Below are positions 9,650 through 19,775 of a DNA stretch of 64,000 bases, piece by piece. The notes below the pieces were generated by a model. It ran no database searches and was not told the DNA's origin. It saw only the letters and a list, made by a program, of their open reading frames with translations. The DNA lies in contig OY764216.1 of the NCBI GenBank assembly GCA_963668315.1, positions 4,384,001 to 4,448,000 on the forward strand. The letters are read 5' to 3'. Position 1 is the first letter of the stretch, and each line of letters starts with the position of its first letter. The position numbers and the translations under genes were made by a program. The DNA is from Spirochaetia bacterium. Its GTDB lineage: Bacteria > Spirochaetota > Spirochaetia > DSM-2461.

Positions 9650-12081
9650 TAAGCCCGCTTCATTCCTTTTTTATTATTCCCGGAGAACTCAACTTTCAGG
9701 TCTCCGTCATAGCCGACCAGCTCGTAAATCCTGACGGGCTTCAGTTTTCCTTTAACACGGATGTCATCCAGCTCACGGGTTATGAATTTCTCATCTCCGG
9801 CGATGGCATCCTTCGTACTCTGGCTAATCACGATTCTCGTCCGGTACTGCTTGTTAATACCTTCCAGACGGGAGGCCAGGTTGACATTGTCCCCCATAAC
9901 CGTGAAGTTCATACGCCCCTGGCTTCCCATGTTGCCTACCGTGCCGATACCGGAATTCATACCTATCCCGATATTGATCTTCCGATTCGGTTCGGCCTTC
10001 TCGTTCATCAGTTCCAAAAGCTCCATCTGACGCAGGGCGCTTTTACAGGCCAGTTCGGCATGATTTTCCTGGGGAAGCGGAGCCCCCCAGAACCCCATGA
10101 TGGCGTCCCCTATGTATTTGTCCAGAGTACCGTTGTAATCGATCAGACAGTCAGTCATGGTGGTCAGATAATTGTTCAGAAGTTCTACAAGCTCCTGGGG
10201 CGACATAGATTCGGACAGGGTGGTAAAACTCCGTATATCGGAGAAGAAGATGGTAATGTCCATGTCGACTCCGCCCAGTTCAGGGGGATTTGTCATCATC
10301 TGTTCGACAACGGCGGGGCTGACGTACTTCCCGAACATATCCTTGATGCGTTTTTTATCGCTTTCACCGGCGACAACACGGTAGACGATAATGATGACAT
10401 AGGTGATCAGCATTCCCATGACGGGAGTGGCAAAATTTACGAGGATGTTTCTGTTCTCAAAAAAGAAAATATTGGCGAACCAGAAATAGGCCGCCGTCAC
10501 GATCAGAGTAATGAGGAAGGAGACAAGGGTATTGATTCTTGATGAAAAAAAGGAGATCAGCAGAATCAGTCCCAGAAGTATGATGACATTGACCCAGCCC
10601 GGAACGGGTACTAGGAAATTATCCATGAGAATGGTATTCAGGGCGTTGGCATGAACCTCGACTCCATACATGAGCCCGAAGGGCGTTGTCTTCTCATCGG
10701 TTCCCTGGAAAAATCCGCCCACCATAAGGATCTTGTTTCCGACGGCCTTAGTCCTGGGCCACTGTTCCGGATTTTCTCCGGGGACCCGGCGTGCATAGGC
10801 GGAATAGGAGCGGATGGGAAAGGTCTGATATCCCCCTCTGCCGGGATTGGAACGGGCGCCCATGAAATTAATCATCATCTGCCCTTTTTCATCAATGGGG
10901 ATTCTGATTTCCGGAACATCCCTGTATGTGGCCTCCTTAACGACATTTCCTTCGCCGTCATATTCGGGATAGGCTGTCATGATCCTGTAGGATTCAAGCT
11001 CCTCCGTTTCAGTGTTCAGAACGAGGGGCTTGGGAAAAAGGATGTATTTACCCAGCTCGATCTGAATATCCTCCAGGGGGGTATGAAAATAGTTTGCCGC
11101 CAGGGAGAGGGTGATGGAAGGGATAAAGGTGTCTTTATACCGCTTGAGTTCGTAATACCGGTTATCGGGAGTGCCGTCACCATTGGTATCTTCCGAGCGG
11201 GAGGGTGCCCGGCTTTCCATTTCCTTTCTCAAATTATCGATGATTCCCCGGGTGAGGGGCATCTCCACATCGATCCATTCTCCATCCCGAGTCTGCCACG
11301 CGAGCCTCTCACCGGAAAGGAGCCCTTCGGCAGGATCAAGATGATCAAGCCTGATCGTCCCCATATCGGTGCTTAAACGGGCGACCATCTGCTGGTTGCG
11401 GAAAACCTTATCCCACTCGGCGCCGAAATTGGCATGACCATAACCTTTAACAGCCTGTCCATAGGGAATAAGAGGCGTTTCTGCGCTGTAATAGGTGAAC
11501 AGCTGTGAAACATCCCCCGAAACACGGGTCAGCTGACCGCCCGATTCGAAGAGGGCGTTCATCCGCTCGTTGCCGTCCTTCAGGGCATAGCTCGGAGGAT
11601 TGACATCAAGTATGGTTTCCAGAAAAACCGTACCGCTCTCCTCCATGGTTTTCACCAGAAGCTGGTCACGGGATTCATCCGTATCGGGATCGGAAAAGAA
11701 AATATCCAGGAAAAGAGCACTTTCTCTTTCATTCTGGTTTTTTATACGGGAAAATGAGTTGATCAGGTTGGCGTGAATATCACGGGAGAAGGGCCATCGC
11801 CCGAAGGTATCGAGAGAAGGCACATCGATACCCACAATGACGATGTCCTGGGAAATTTTCAGATCCTGGGCTTCTTCGATGACACCGGTCTCGACGATTT
11901 CCCTGTCCTTACGGACTTTCAGCTGAAAATGGACATCGATGACGTTCTTTTCCAGGCGGGAAAAGACGTCGGTCACCGAGGAGAACAAATAGATGATGAT
12001 GAAGACAACCAATCCAAGGAAAAAAGAAAATACCCTGGGATCCAGCCATTTGTGAATTGACCTGTCCTTCGATGCACCCAT
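9649..12081 (-). CDS. CHASE2-domain class III adenylate cyclase
   Basis: IVIVGID..GRWPFSR and YGVEVHANALNTIL (CHASE2); three TMs; FFSDIRSFT, DKYIGDA, FTVMGDNVNLASRLE. Confidence 0.92.
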   Translation of the reverse strand: MGASKDRSIHKWLDPRVFSFFLGLVVFIIIYLFSSVTDVFSRLEKNVIDVHFQLKVRKDREIVETGVIEEAQDLKISQDIVIVGIDVPSLDTFGRWPFSRDIHANLINSFSRIKNQNERESALFLDIFFSDPDTDESRDQLLVKTMEESGTVFLETILDVNPPSYALKDGNERMNALFESGGQLTRVSGDVSQLFTYYSAETPLIPYGQAVKGYGHANFGAEWDKVFRNQQMVARLSTDMGTIRLDHLDPAEGLLSGERLAWQTRDGEWIDVEMPLTRGIIDNLRKEMESRAPSRSEDTNGDGTPDNRYYELKRYKDTFIPSITLSLAANYFHTPLEDIQIELGKYILFPKPLVLNTETEELESYRIMTAYPEYDGEGNVVKEATYRDVPEIRIPIDEKGQMMINFMGARSNPGRGGYQTFPIRSYSAYARRVPGENPEQWPRTKAVGNKILMVGGFFQGTDEKTTPFGLMYGVEVHANALNTILMDNFLVPVPGWVNVIILLGLILLISFFSSRINTLVSFLITLIVTAAYFWFANIFFFENRNILVNFATPVMGMLITYVIIIVYRVVAGESDKKRIKDMFGKYVSPAVVEQMMTNPPELGGVDMDITIFFSDIRSFTTLSESMSPQELVELLNNYLTTMTDCLIDYNGTLDKYIGDAIMGFWGAPLPQENHAELACKSALRQMELLELMNEKAEPNRKINIGIGMNSGIGTVGNMGSQGRMNFTVMGDNVNLASRLEGINKQYRTRIVISQSTKDAIAGDEKFITRELDDIRVKGKLKPVRIYELVGYDGDLKVEFSGNNKKGMKRA

Positions 12082-12109
12082 AATGTCACCTCCCCGGCGA
12101 TATAAAACT

Positions 12110-12769
12110 TTAGTTCATTAACAATATACGCGTTTTTGCAATATTTTTCCAATCGGAGGAGTCATAATCGGCAATAAGGGCTTCATAATACTCCTTTGCC
12201 TTGGCGGAGTCGCCACCCTCTTCCGCCAGTCGTCCCAGATTAAAAAGAGCTTCGGCCGCTTCGGGTGCCTCATCGCTGAAGCCATCCACCAGTTCCTGAT
12301 AATAGCGGGCGGCGTCTTCCGACTTCCCCGCCTCATCCAGAGTGGAAGCTCCGTTGAACAGAGCGACAGGGGCAAGGTAGCTTTCGGGATAATCATGTGC
12401 CAGGAGAATAAAATCGGCCGATGCCTCATCCCACATTTCCTTGTTGATGTAATACTGTCCCCTCATGAAAAGGGCTCTTTGACCGGCATAGGAAGAACCG
12501 CTTTTTGAGAGCACCTGAGAAGCCAGAGCCAGGAATTCCTCCTCCTTGGCGGATTTATCCTCATCGGAGGCATACATCCAATCGGAGAACAGTTCGTCCA
12601 GCTGTTCAGCTGTCTGAGCGTCTTTTTCGGCCAATTTATCACTGACCGGTGCCCATACGGCGGCGGTTATAATGATAACTACAACAACGGCCAGCGCTGT
12701 AATGACCAGAGCTCTTCTTTCGGTTAAGAAAATAGACAGCCTATCTGCCATATTCAGTTTATCGCTCAC
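12110..12769 (-). CDS. Membrane-anchored TPR protein (YfgM/CpoB-like)
   Basis: N-terminal TM; repeats YPESYLAPVALF and AAEALFNLG. Confidence 0.78.
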   Translation of the reverse strand: MSDKLNMADRLSIFLTERRALVITALAVVVVIIITAAVWAPVSDKLAEKDAQTAEQLDELFSDWMYASDEDKSAKEEEFLALASQVLSKSGSSYAGQRALFMRGQYYINKEMWDEASADFILLAHDYPESYLAPVALFNGASTLDEAGKSEDAARYYQELVDGFSDEAPEAAEALFNLGRLAEEGGDSAKAKEYYEALIADYDSSDWKNIAKTRILLMN

Positions 12770-12771
12770 AA

Positions 12772-14301
12772 TTAACTCCCCTTGACTATATTCAATTCTT
12801 TAATCAGCCGTGACAGATACGTCCGCTGGATCCCCAGCTTACGGGCCGTTTCAGTCTGATTCCCCTTATTGCGTTTCAGGGCGGCTTCAACAAATCCTCT
12901 TTTAAAGAGCTGCAGACCCTCTTTCAAGGTAAGGTCTTTTCCCTTTTCTCCGTCAATATCGGAAAGAGTATCCCCCCTGTCGGGCAGGTGAAGATCTTCC
13001 GTATTCACTTCTGAATCCTCCCCCATAAGAACAACCCTTTCCATAACATTCATCAGCTCACGGATATTTCCGGGCCAGCCGTACTCATAGACCGCTTCCA
13101 CAGCGGCGGGAGTCAGCGTTCTTTCCGGCCTGTTATGCTTCCGGGCGAAAACATTCAGAAAATGATCCGCGAGAAGCATGATATCCTCTCCCCTTTCCCT
13201 CAACGGAGGAAGGTATACGGGAAGTACATTTATCCTGAAGTAGAGATCCTCGCGGAACTCCCCCTCCCGGATAGCTTTCTCAAGATCCCTGTTAGTGGCG
13301 GCAATAACACGCACGTCGCAGGGTATCGGTTCAACCGATCCGACTCTTTCAATACTCCGTGACTGAAGAGCCCTGAGCAGCTTGGTCTGAAGATGAATGG
13401 GAATCTCACCAATCTCATCGAGAAAGATGGTACCTCCCGAAGCGACTTCAAACCGCCCTCTCCGGATCTTATCGGCACCGGTGAAGGCGCCCCTCTCATG
13501 GCCGAAAAGCTCCGATTCTATCAGATCTTCCGGCAGGGCGGCACAGTTGACAGCCACGAAAGGACCGCCTGAACGCTCCCCCCGGGCATGTATCATCTCG
13601 GCGATAAGCTCCTTCCCCGTACCGCTCTCCCCCGTAATCAGTACCGGACTGAAAACCGGAGCGATTCTGTCTATCTGAGCGACAATGCCGTTCATGACCG
13701 ACCGGGAGGAATAAATCAGCTTATTACGGCCTTTCCCCATGGCTTCTTCACCGCGTATACTCCGCAAGGAAGCATACTCACCGGCATTAAGAATGGCAAG
13801 GGCCGCCTGGGTGGCGAAGTAATTCAGCCATTCCAGATCGTCCTCGGAAAAACGGCGGTTCAGCTGATTGAGAATCACCTCCATGACGCCCAGGCATTTG
13901 CCGTACCCGATGAGCGGTGCAGCGGCAATGGCTCTGGTATGGTAACCGCTTTTCTTATCAATAGTCGGTGAAAATCTTTCGTCCTTCTCCACGTCATTGA
14001 CGATAAGGGATTTTTTCCTCTGAAAAACCCATCCGGCGATACCTTCGTCCGCCGATATGGAAAGATTCCTTATCGTTGAGCTTTTGCTGCCCAGAACAAC
14101 CTGAAAAAAGAGGGATTCATCTCTCTCGTCAACTAAAAGAAGGGAGGCAGAATCACCTCCCAACACTTCCGAAGCAACTCCTACAATATGAGATAGGAGC
14201 TGCTGGATGCTCTGATCGCCTGAGCAGATCAGAGCATTTATTTCCGTGAGCTTATTGAAACGTCCCTCTCGAACAGTAGATTCGACCTGGTCCGCAGGCA
14301 T
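12772..14301 (-). CDS. GAF-domain sigma54-dependent Fis-family activator
   Basis: GAF; GESGTGKE; ESELFGHERGAFTGA; FLDEIGE; WPGNIREL; C-terminal HTH. Confidence 0.93.
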   Translation of the reverse strand: MPADQVESTVREGRFNKLTEINALICSGDQSIQQLLSHIVGVASEVLGGDSASLLLVDERDESLFFQVVLGSKSSTIRNLSISADEGIAGWVFQRKKSLIVNDVEKDERFSPTIDKKSGYHTRAIAAAPLIGYGKCLGVMEVILNQLNRRFSEDDLEWLNYFATQAALAILNAGEYASLRSIRGEEAMGKGRNKLIYSSRSVMNGIVAQIDRIAPVFSPVLITGESGTGKELIAEMIHARGERSGGPFVAVNCAALPEDLIESELFGHERGAFTGADKIRRGRFEVASGGTIFLDEIGEIPIHLQTKLLRALQSRSIERVGSVEPIPCDVRVIAATNRDLEKAIREGEFREDLYFRINVLPVYLPPLRERGEDIMLLADHFLNVFARKHNRPERTLTPAAVEAVYEYGWPGNIRELMNVMERVVLMGEDSEVNTEDLHLPDRGDTLSDIDGEKGKDLTLKEGLQLFKRGFVEAALKRNKGNQTETARKLGIQRTYLSRLIKELNIVKGS

Positions 14302-14311
14302 AGGCTCTACT

Positions 14312-16009
14312 CTAGTCTTCCTTCTTCAGGGCGTCGGCAAGAGTAAAGGTTTCGGAACCGCTATCATCATCGCTTCCGGAATCCATATACCTTTCGATTT
14401 CCTGTCTCTCCTCGCGGTACTTAAGTTCGCGGATGGAAAGGCCCAGTTTCTGACGTCCGGGATTGATCTCGGAAACAGCGGCGCGGACTTTGTCGCCCAC
14501 TTTGAACTGGGTCAGCATTTCATCGGGATCATCCTCTCTGTTGGGGCTGAGCTGATTTTTGAAGATAAGACCTTCAATATCTCCCATAACCTTAACAAAG
14601 ACTCCGAAGTCAGCCACATTGGAGACTTCGCCCTCGATGATGGAACCTTTGGGATACTGAGCTTTAAGCTGTTCCCAGGGATCATCGGAAAGCTGCTTGA
14701 CTCCAAGACGGATTCTTCTCGCTTCGGTATCGACCCGGATAACCGTAACTTCCAGCTCTTCACCGGGCTTGAATACGGAATGGGCGCTCTGAACTTTCTG
14801 GGTCCAGGAGTAGTCATCCACGTGGAGGAAACCGTCGATTCCCTCTTCCAGCTCAACGAAGGCACCGGCATTGGTTACGTTCTTAATTGTTCTGGTCAGT
14901 TTGGTTCCAACGGGATAGGAAGCTTCGATCTCATCCCAGGGATTGGGGAGGACCTGCTTGAGGCCCAGAGATACTCTTCTTTCGTCCATGTCGTAACCGA
15001 GGATCATCGTCTCTACTTCATCACCGATGGAGAGAACTTCCTTGGGATGCTTAATCTTCTTAACCCAAGACAGCTCGGAAATATGAGCCAGGCCTTCGAT
15101 ACCCGGTTCAATTTCAATAAAGGCTCCGAAGTCGGTCATCTTGGTAACGGTACCCTTGACCCGATCGTCCACCTGATATCTTTCATTAAAGGATTCCCAG
15201 GGATCTTCGGCGAAGTCCTTGAGGGACAGGTTGATTTTCTGACCTTCACGGTCAAGCTTGATAACCTTAAGCTTAATCTCCTGACCTTTCTTAACGAAGT
15301 CACGGGGTCTGGTTACGTGTCCCCAGCTCATATCATTGATATGAAGGAGTCCGTCGAACCCGCCCAGATCGATGAAAGCGCCGAAGGAGGTAAAACTTTT
15401 TACCGTACCTGTCACTTCGTCCCCTTCCTGGGTCTTCTCGAAAAATTCAGCCCGGTTCTCCTGGCTCATCTGTTCGAGGTAACCCCTTCTGGAAACCACA
15501 ATATTTACTTTTCTCTCACCATAAAGTCTTTCAAGAAGGAACTTCCCTTTGAGACCGATATATTCGGAGGGAGTTTCCACCTTTACTATATCTGTTTTGG
15601 AAATGGGCAGGAATGCACGGGCGTCAACACCCAGATCTACCTCAAATCCGCCTTTAATCTCTTTAACAATCTCCCCGTCAACGGGAGTCTTGTCATTGAA
15701 GGCATCCTTCAGATCTTTCCAGACCTGTTTCTGTTCTGCCTTTTTCTTAGAAATGATGGGCTCACCATTCCTTCCTTCCTTTTTGATGAGTAATACGCTG
15801 ACTTTGTCGTCTAGTGCAGGCGCTTCACTGAATTCGGACAGGTTTATCTTACCTTCGCTCTTACAAAAGACATCGAGGTAGACAAACTCGGAATCCACCT
15901 GTACAACCGTACCTTCTACGATTGCACCTTCCTCTAAATTTTCTAGAGGCTTGAGGTAAGCTTCCTGAAGCTCTGTCTGGTCAGCTGCCATTACATCCTT
16001 TTCCGCCAT
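14312..16009 (-). CDS. rpsA: 30S ribosomal protein S1
   Basis: Six S1 repeats (FGAFIDLGGFDGLLHIND etc.); follows cmk. Confidence 0.97.
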   Translation of the reverse strand: MAEKDVMAADQTELQEAYLKPLENLEEGAIVEGTVVQVDSEFVYLDVFCKSEGKINLSEFSEAPALDDKVSVLLIKKEGRNGEPIISKKKAEQKQVWKDLKDAFNDKTPVDGEIVKEIKGGFEVDLGVDARAFLPISKTDIVKVETPSEYIGLKGKFLLERLYGERKVNIVVSRRGYLEQMSQENRAEFFEKTQEGDEVTGTVKSFTSFGAFIDLGGFDGLLHINDMSWGHVTRPRDFVKKGQEIKLKVIKLDREGQKINLSLKDFAEDPWESFNERYQVDDRVKGTVTKMTDFGAFIEIEPGIEGLAHISELSWVKKIKHPKEVLSIGDEVETMILGYDMDERRVSLGLKQVLPNPWDEIEASYPVGTKLTRTIKNVTNAGAFVELEEGIDGFLHVDDYSWTQKVQSAHSVFKPGEELEVTVIRVDTEARRIRLGVKQLSDDPWEQLKAQYPKGSIIEGEVSNVADFGVFVKVMGDIEGLIFKNQLSPNREDDPDEMLTQFKVGDKVRAAVSEINPGRQKLGLSIRELKYREERQEIERYMDSGSDDDSGSETFTLADALKKED

Positions 16010-16015
16010 AACTGG

Positions 16016-16669
16016 TCATTCTCCTGGATCTACTATATATTCTTTGATTTTACCCGATACTTTCTCACAAACTTGCTCTAAGGTCAAGCCGGAAGTATCT
16101 AAATATTCCGCATCTTCCGTAATTTTGAGAGAACCTTCCTTCTTATTCCGGTCTTTCCGGTCCCTCTCTTCTATATTGCTTCTTATTTCCTCAAGGGTCA
16201 GTTCGCTGACCCCCTGACGGTATCTTCTTTCGGCACGGGCCAGGGGCGAAGCGTCCAGAAACAGCTTGATTTCCCCGTGGGGAAACACCACGCTGGTCAT
16301 GTCCCGGCCCTCGGCTACCACGTTCATACCGGAGGTGATCCGCCTGATGTGGTCGTTCACTATATGCCTTACGGGAACACAGGCAGAGACGGGGGAAACC
16401 ACCCGGTCGACCCGGTCGGTATGCAGCTCACCCTCCACATCGGCGCCGTCCATAAAGAGACGGCCGTCCCGGATATCCAGGTCCAGCCGGGAAGCCAGCT
16501 CGGTCAGCTTCTCCTCTTCCTCGGGAGAGACTCCCTCCTCCAGGGCTTTCAGCGCCACAGCCCGATAGAAGTTCCCCGAATTCAAATTAAAAAAACCGAA
16601 ATGGTCCGCCACATACTGGGCCACGGTGCTTTTGCCGACTCCTGCCGGTCCGTCGATGGCTACAATCAT
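16016..16669 (-). CDS. cmk: Cytidylate kinase
   Basis: AIDGPAGVGKST, EGRD, LDAS, ERDRKDRN. Confidence 0.96.
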   Translation of the reverse strand: MIVAIDGPAGVGKSTVAQYVADHFGFFNLNSGNFYRAVALKALEEGVSPEEEEKLTELASRLDLDIRDGRLFMDGADVEGELHTDRVDRVVSPVSACVPVRHIVNDHIRRITSGMNVVAEGRDMTSVVFPHGEIKLFLDASPLARAERRYRQGVSELTLEEIRSNIEERDRKDRNKKEGSLKITEDAEYLDTSGLTLEQVCEKVSGKIKEYIVDPGE

Positions 16670-17433
16670 AACGACTTCTCCTCCCCTCCGGAACCGGCGC
16701 GGTTCTTCTTTCCCCTGTTCAGAGCCAGTTCGGTCAGTTTCTTAATCTCGCTCTCCTTCAGGTTCCGGAAATGACCGGGGAGAAGTCCCTTCACGGTGAC
16801 CGATCCGATACGGACGCGGTGTATCTTCTTCACGGTGATGTTACGGGAGAGGAAAACCTTACGAAGCTCCTGGTTTCTTCCTTCCTCAAGGACGATATGG
16901 ACGATGTGAGGCCCTTTGAGCCGGTAGCTTTTCGCCTTGTAGAATTCGCCGTTCACCCGGATCCCCGTCAGGAACTGCTTCATAAGCTCCTCGGGTATTT
17001 TTTTCTTTGTGGTGATCACGTACTCCTTCTCGAGGTGGGTGGAAGGATGGGTGATCAGCTGGGCGAAGTCGCCGTCATTGGTGAAAAAAAGGAGCCCCGA
17101 GGTCATATAGTCCAGACGGCCCACGTTGAAGATTCTCTGGGGCACGCCGGCAATCAGATCCCGTGCCACCGGCCGGTCCCGGTCATCCTTGTTCGAACAG
17201 ATGTACCCCGAAGGCTTATGAAGGGCGATATAAATCTTCCTCTTCATCGGCTTGACCACCCGACCGTCCAGGCGGACATCATCCTCCAGGGAAACCTTAT
17301 CACCGGGGGAGAGGGTGACCTTTCCGTTCACTTCCACTCTGCCGCTTTTTATTATCTCTTCACACTTACGCCGGGAGTCAACTCCCGACTGGGCCAGGAA
17401 TACCTGGAGCCTCATCTCATTATCATTATCCAT
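16666..17433 (-). CDS. rluB: rRNA pseudouridine synthase, RsuA/RluB family
   Basis: S4 domain RLQVFLAQSG..SRR; VGRLDYMTSGLL; EGRN; next to scpB. Confidence 0.88.
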   Translation of the reverse strand: MDNDNEMRLQVFLAQSGVDSRRKCEEIIKSGRVEVNGKVTLSPGDKVSLEDDVRLDGRVVKPMKRKIYIALHKPSGYICSNKDDRDRPVARDLIAGVPQRIFNVGRLDYMTSGLLFFTNDGDFAQLITHPSTHLEKEYVITTKKKIPEELMKQFLTGIRVNGEFYKAKSYRLKGPHIVHIVLEEGRNQELRKVFLSRNITVKKIHRVRIGSVTVKGLLPGHFRNLKESEIKKLTELALNRGKKNRAGSGGEEKSL

Positions 17434-17965
17434 TTAATTCAAACCTGTCACTTTCCACATCATCCAGCTTGGGAAGATCGGCAATACTCTTCAAGCGGAA
17501 AAGTCTCAAGAACTCCCGGGTTGTTCCGTACAGAATCGGTTTCCCCGGGACATCTTTCTTTCCCACTTCCTTTATAAGCTTCTTCTTCAAAAGAAGCCTC
17601 ATCATCCCGTCCACAGACACGCCGCGGATATTCTCGATTTCCGAACGGGTCAAAGGCTGACTGTAGGCAATAATGGAAAGAGTTTCCAGTGCGGCCCGGG
17701 ATAGTTTTTCCTCATTTTTATGACCGTAATTCTCCTTGAGGAGTTCGGAGAATTCATCCTTGGGGACCAGTAGGTACCCCCCGTCTATCTCGGCGAGACC
17801 GATTCCTCTGTGTTCAGACGCGAGGTCTTCGGATAGCCGGTCCATCACCGATTTAAGAACACCCTTGTCCATCCCGGTGACCCGGGACAGGTAGGTTAGA
17901 TTCACGGGCTCGTTTTCAAGAAAGAGCACAGCCTCGAGCAGGGCCGATTCTTTTTCAAGACTCAA
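17426..17965 (-). CDS. scpB: SMC-Scp complex subunit ScpB
   Basis: LSRAALETLSIIAYSQPLTRSEIENIRGV; PGKPILYGTT. Confidence 0.96.
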   Translation of the reverse strand: MSLEKESALLEAVLFLENEPVNLTYLSRVTGMDKGVLKSVMDRLSEDLASEHRGIGLAEIDGGYLLVPKDEFSELLKENYGHKNEEKLSRAALETLSIIAYSQPLTRSEIENIRGVSVDGMMRLLLKKKLIKEVGKKDVPGKPILYGTTREFLRLFRLKSIADLPKLDDVESDRFELNG

Positions 17966-18716
17966 AGGTCAGCACCTCCTTTGGTACATCCGAGCTATTT
18001 CGGGCCCGGATTTTTATATCACCGAAAAGCCGGTTCTGATAGATGAGGATCTGCTGGGTCTTCACCGACTCCAGAACAGCCAGAAAGGTGCAGACTATCT
18101 CCAGGAGGGAATCGGGATTGATAAGCAGATCGGTAAAAAGAAATTCCTCGGCCGTTTCAAGGAGTTCCATGATCAGGGTGATTTTCTCGTTGACCGTAAC
18201 CTCTTCGTAGAGATTGACGATTTTTTCCGAGGACAGATTTTCCATAATCCCGGAAAAACACTGCAGGAGATCCCACACTTCCACCTCCTGCCAGAGATTG
18301 TCCTCTTCCTGAAAGGGCAGAAAATGCTGCCTTTTCTTTCTCTCTATCACCCAGGTGGTTTCCTTCTCCTTCTCTGCCATCAGAGCGGAGAGTTTCCGGT
18401 ATTTCTGATATTCGATGAGTTTCTCCACCAGCTCCCGCCGCGGATCGTCCAGCTCATCCTCGAAATCCACCTCCACGGGCAGAAGCATGCGGGATTTAAT
18501 GTAGAGCAGCGTGGAGGCCATCAGGTAGAATTCGGTGATATTCTCCAGATCCACCCCGGCGGCGTATTTCATATATTCCAGATACTGCTCTGTCACTTCC
18601 GCGATGGGAATGTCATAGATGTTGACTTCGTTTTTTCGGATCAGGAAGAGGAGAAGATCCAGAGGCCCCTCGAAGGATTCCAGCTTATATTGATGTTTTT
18701 TCTTTTCCTCTTCCAC
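17955..18716 (-). CDS. scpA: SMC-Scp complex subunit ScpA
   Basis: FEGPLDLLLFLI; IKSRMLLP; FLAVLE. Confidence 0.96.
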   Translation of the reverse strand: MEEEKKKHQYKLESFEGPLDLLLFLIRKNEVNIYDIPIAEVTEQYLEYMKYAAGVDLENITEFYLMASTLLYIKSRMLLPVEVDFEDELDDPRRELVEKLIEYQKYRKLSALMAEKEKETTWVIERKKRQHFLPFQEEDNLWQEVEVWDLLQCFSGIMENLSSEKIVNLYEEVTVNEKITLIMELLETAEEFLFTDLLINPDSLLEIVCTFLAVLESVKTQQILIYQNRLFGDIKIRARNSSDVPKEVLTFES

Positions 18717-18778
18717 GGCTCCATGGGTTTCAGGCGGACAGAAGGCCGTCCGATCTATCCGGTCCGGCCGTTCCGTGC

Positions 18779-19258
18779 CTATAAAACCACTCCCTCCGAG
18801 TTATCTTTGATAAAGCTCTCCTTCATATCCTTGCGGAAGGCTATGAGTTTCTCCTTTAACTCGTGGTGTTTCAGAGCCATCATCTGCACCGCCAGCATGG
18901 CGCCGTTGTAGGAATTGTTCACTCCCACGGTGGCCACGGGGATGGATTTGGGCATCTGCACGATGGACATAAGGGCGTCCATACCTTCAAAGGCGGCATT
19001 CAGGGGGACCCCCACCACGGGAAGAATCGTCTTGGAGGCGATGACACCGGGAAGATGAGCCGCGAGACCCGCTCCGGCCACAATGACCTCGACCCCTTCC
19101 GCTTCCATTCGTTCCAGCTCGGCTTCCAGTTTTTCGGGGACCCGGTGAGCCGAAAGGACGTGGGCTTCATACTCCACGCCGAAAGACTCGAAACATCGGG
19201 CGGCGCCCTTCATTTTATCCGTATCCGATTTACTACCAAAGATTATCGCTGCTTTCAT
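18779..19258 (-). CDS. purE: N5-CAIR mutase / AIR carboxylase catalytic subunit
   Basis: GSKSD, SAHRVP, AGLAAHLPG, SIVQMP. Start moved to MKAAII (19258). Confidence 0.95.
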   Translation of the reverse strand: MKAAIIFGSKSDTDKMKGAARCFESFGVEYEAHVLSAHRVPEKLEAELERMEAEGVEVIVAGAGLAAHLPGVIASKTILPVVGVPLNAAFEGMDALMSIVQMPKSIPVATVGVNNSYNGAMLAVQMMALKHHELKEKLIAFRKDMKESFIKDNSEGVVL

Positions 19259-19360
19259 AGGGAAAATATAACAGAAAAACATGTTGAAAGGAAGCCCCGC
19301 CTCTAGTATTCTTAGAGAACAATACCAACTATAAGGGATATAATTCCCGGGGAGAGAACA

Positions 19361-19768
19361 ATGGCAGGAAAATCCTTCAATGTAATGCTGATTCTTCAAA
19401 TTCTGGTAGCACTTCTACTGCTGACTTTCGGTCTTGATGCGCTGACCGGCTACAATTCCACCGGTGCCGAGCTGATGAGAACGGTAAACAAGGCCTTCGG
19501 AGGGAGCAACAATATTCTCCCGGTAATCTTTGCCGTGATTGAAATTGTCGTGGGAGCTCTGCTGATTCTCGAATTTTTCATGCCCGTAACAACCAAGTTC
19601 GTCTTCATAGGTATGATCGTAATCTGCGTGGTATGGATTATAACCATTGTCATGAATTTCATATCCAGCGGATTTCTCGAGCCGAATTTCATCTCCTGGC
19701 TCAGAAACCTTTCGGTACAGCTCATCCTCCTGACAAGCTTCTGGCTCGTCGGCTCATCCAAGCAGTAG
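19361..19768 (+). CDS. Four-TM membrane protein, unknown function
   Basis: Four hydrophobic segments; SD GGAG; ends 7 bp before mutL. Confidence 0.7.
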   Translation: MAGKSFNVMLILQILVALLLLTFGLDALTGYNSTGAELMRTVNKAFGGSNNILPVIFAVIEIVVGALLILEFFMPVTTKFVFIGMIVICVVWIITIVMNFISSGFLEPNFISWLRNLSVQLILLTSFWLVGSSKQ

Positions 19769-19775
19769 GAGCTCC

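Noticed and set aside
14246..15793. 515-aa + strand ORF
   Set aside because: Antisense shadow of rpsA caused by codon bias.
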